Assembly: GCF_963921235.1 (NCBI RefSeq) | Contig: NC_086108.1 | Coordinates: 42,906,001-42,970,000 of the forward strand | Length of the DNA stretch: 64,000 bases | Direction: 5' to 3' | Source: Mobula hypostoma | Taxonomy: Eukaryota | Part shown: positions 61,385-64,000 of the stretch, one piece after another | Position numbering within the stretch: the stretch's first letter is position 1 | Layout of the letters: the number at the start of each line of letters is the position of its first letter | Program-made: the position numbers and the translations under genes | Notes under the pieces: generated by a model | Told to the model about the DNA's origin: nothing | What the model saw: only the letters and a program-made list of their open reading frames with translations | The model's database searches: none

Positions 61385-64000
61385 CATGCGACAGTGGCCA
61401 CACACCAGACAACGCCTTCCATAGGGCGGCCAAACTGGGTGAGAGCAGCCATCAGGGTTTTTTAACCCTTGATGATTTAGGATTTGTCTACCCAAAGCAT
61501 AAAAAGACTGGATTCAGCAAACTGCAGAGTAAACCATCAGCTTGTTCAACAGGCAGGAAGGAGTTTCCCAGCATGCATTGTGGAGTGGGAAGAGAACTGC
61601 AAGGCATGTAGATCACCCTGGTAATCTGCTGCATCCTGACCTGTCTCCAGTCGTCCTGACACTTGTCTTGCCAATGGATCCAGATAGACTGGGATGAGAG
61701 AGTGAAGTTGACAACCTGCGCAGCTCTCTCTCACTTTAATCAAACTCACGTGCATGTCACAACATCCAAATCCAAGTCTTGTCATGGGTGAGCGACGAAA
61801 CAGCAGGTGAAGATACACTGGAAGCTGTAGCTGCGAACCTGCACGCAGGCGGCTCAGACCAACAAGTTGTTTTTCATTCGCCAGAATTGCAGTGTGGAAC
61901 TCGGCAGCTACCTGAGTGACTGAACAGCCCTTTTCAGGACCACAGTGCTCACCTCTGTACTATGAGGAAGGGGCTAGAAAAGGTGCCCTAAACATTGTCT
62001 ACTTCTCTCAACCCTGGTCAGAAAACCATGGCAGGCGGGGATCCCACTTCAGCAGTTGAAATCAAGAAATCAATCAATAGTGACACCACTCAGAATCAGC
62101 ACATGGAACATGCGAACCTTAATAGACAATACCAAGTTTGACAGACCAGAGAGAAGAACTACTTGGTGGCAAGAGGACTGGAGAGCTACAAGATTGACAT
62201 CATGGCTCTCTCCAAGACCTGCCTGGCCAAGGAAGGCGAACTGACAAAAGTGGGTAGCAGCTACACATTCTTCTGGAGTGGATGCAGCAGCACTGAACAT
62301 TGTGAAACAGGAATCAGATTTGCTATCAGGAACCACCTTGTCCAAAAGCTTACCAGTCTGCCAAAAGGAGTCAACGATCATCTAATGACCATGCAACTAC
62401 TCTGGGGAACAAATACAATGTCAGGCTGATCAGCAATGACCAACCCAGAGGAAGCCAAACACAAGTTTGATAGAGAGCTTGATTTCCTGATAGCAGTTGT
62501 ACCAAGGTCAGGCAGACTCCATGTCTTTGGAGTTTTCAATGCTCGAGTTGGAAGCGACTTCAATACCTGGGATGGAGTCCTGGGGCACTATGGGGTAGGC
62601 GGATGCAGCATCGATGGCCTGCTGCTCCTGAAAACCTGTGTTATGCATGACTTGATCATCACCAACATGGTCTTCCACCTGCCAAACCATAACAAGACAC
62701 TCGCTCTAAGCACTGGCGTCTGACTATGTCATCAATAGAAGATGTGACAGACATGATGTCAGAGTGACCAAAGCCATGTGTGATGCAGACTGCTGGACAG
62801 ATCAGTGTCTGATTGTTTCCAAACTTAAAGTCCACATCCAACCCAAACAATGCCCTCAAGCAAGGAAATTTGCCAAGAAGCTCAACGTCAGCAAGCTGAA
62901 ATCGGGTAGTACCGCAGACCAGCTGATTAAAAGCCTCCAGTCACAACTGGCTGATTTTCACCTTGGAGGGGATGTTGATGAAAACTGGGCTGCTTTCAGA
63001 GATCATGTTCACTCTGCTTCCTTCAAGATCCTCGGATATACAACAAGGAAGAACCAAGACCAATTTGATGAGAATAATGAGGAGATAAAAATTCACTTAC
63101 AGGAAAAGCACAGGCTACGCATCGCCTAACAGAATGATCCTTCGTGCATCTCTAAGAAGACAGCATTTGCCATTACACGCAGAATAGTTCAAGCCAAACT
63201 CAAAGATACAAGACTCTTAGCTCTGCAAAAAGGCTGACGAGATTCAGGGCTACGCCAACAGATATAACTCAAAAAGATGTTTTGATACTATCAGAACACT
63301 GTATGGCCCTCAGCCTTCTAGGACCTCACCCCTCCTTAGTGCAGATGGCACCGCACTCTCCACTGAGAAGGCCAAGATTCAGGGCAGCTAGGCAGAGCAC
63401 TTTGAATCTCTACTGAACAGACCATCCACCATAAATGAGAAAGCAATTGATCGTCTTGATCAAGTAGACATCAACCATGAGATGGTCTCTCTTCCCCAAG
63501 AAGAGGAAGTCAAGAAATTAATAGCCAGCTGTCAAGTGGCAAGGCTCCTGGAGCAGAAGCTATACCAGTGGAAGTCTACAAAACAGGTGGTCCACTCAAA
63601 ACTAGCAAGCTGACGCAGCTCTTCTGGTCCTGGGAGAATGGTCGGATTCTACAAGAAATGAAGTATGGATCCATTGTACACCTGTAAGGGAACCCACCAA
63701 GCATGTGACAACCACAGAGGCATCTCTTCGCTCTCAGTAGCTGGGAAAATGTTAGACAGAGTCCTGCTAGACAGGCTAAATGCTCATCTGGAATGAGGTA
63801 ATCTCTCAAAAAGTCAGTGCGGCTTCAGGAAAGGAAAAGGAACTATCAACATGATCTTTGTTGCAAGACAACTCAAGGAAAAATGTCAGGAGCAGAACAG
63901 ACAGCTCTTCACTGCCTTTGTCAATCTTATCAAGGCCTTTGATACAGTGAGCCGAGAGGTGTCGAGAAGACAGAAGTCATGCAGCATGCAACCCCAGATC
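61385..64000 (+). mobile_element. RTE-clade LINE (5' UTR, APE endonuclease, start of RT), decayed, running to the window edge
   Basis: LRISTWNMRTL..RPERRT, YTFFWSG, GVFNARVG, LLLLKTC..LIITN..F; QCGFRKGKGTINMIFVARQLKEKCQEQN..KAFDTVSRE at ~63815-63958. Confidence 0.9.

Noticed and set aside
1..64000. Prokaryote-type systems (CRISPR, retrons, defence operons) suggested by the many RT ORFs
   Set aside because: All RT fragments belong to eukaryotic non-LTR or Penelope clades, there is no regularly spaced repeat array, and the gene has spliceosomal introns.

Overview
Vertebrate genomic DNA. The repeat content (CR1/HER-type LINEs, Penelope-like elements, Rex1, RTE, HE1-like SINE) suggests a cartilaginous fish, probably a ray; this is inference. 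The only host protein-coding gene I can assemble is PRPF38B (pre-mRNA processing factor 38B) on the minus strand: 6 coding exons from ATG 42894 to TGA 20777, all GT-AG, phases consistent, 1620 nt = 539 aa, with a compact CpG promoter at ~43110-43280. A second CpG-rich promoter with + strand splice donors at ~59440-59830 probably starts a divergent neighbouring gene (HENMT1 by mammalian synteny, not provable here). Most of the rest is decayed or nested transposable elements. The most interesting observations are: (1) a candidate poison exon plus an 18-nt micro-exon in PRPF38B intron 4, suggesting splicing/NMD autoregulation; (2) several minimal hammerhead-ribozyme motifs in Penelope-like repeats, one sense-oriented in the PRPF38B pre-mRNA; (3) a fold-back element with a hammerhead in one arm; (4) an L1 that has lost almost all of ORF2; (5) a hAT-like derivative retaining a transposase zinc-finger exon; (6) uORFs in the PRPF38B leader. 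I see no prokaryote-style system or CRISPR array. The honest best candidates for new biology are these regulatory RNA features, and all need experimental or computational confirmation.
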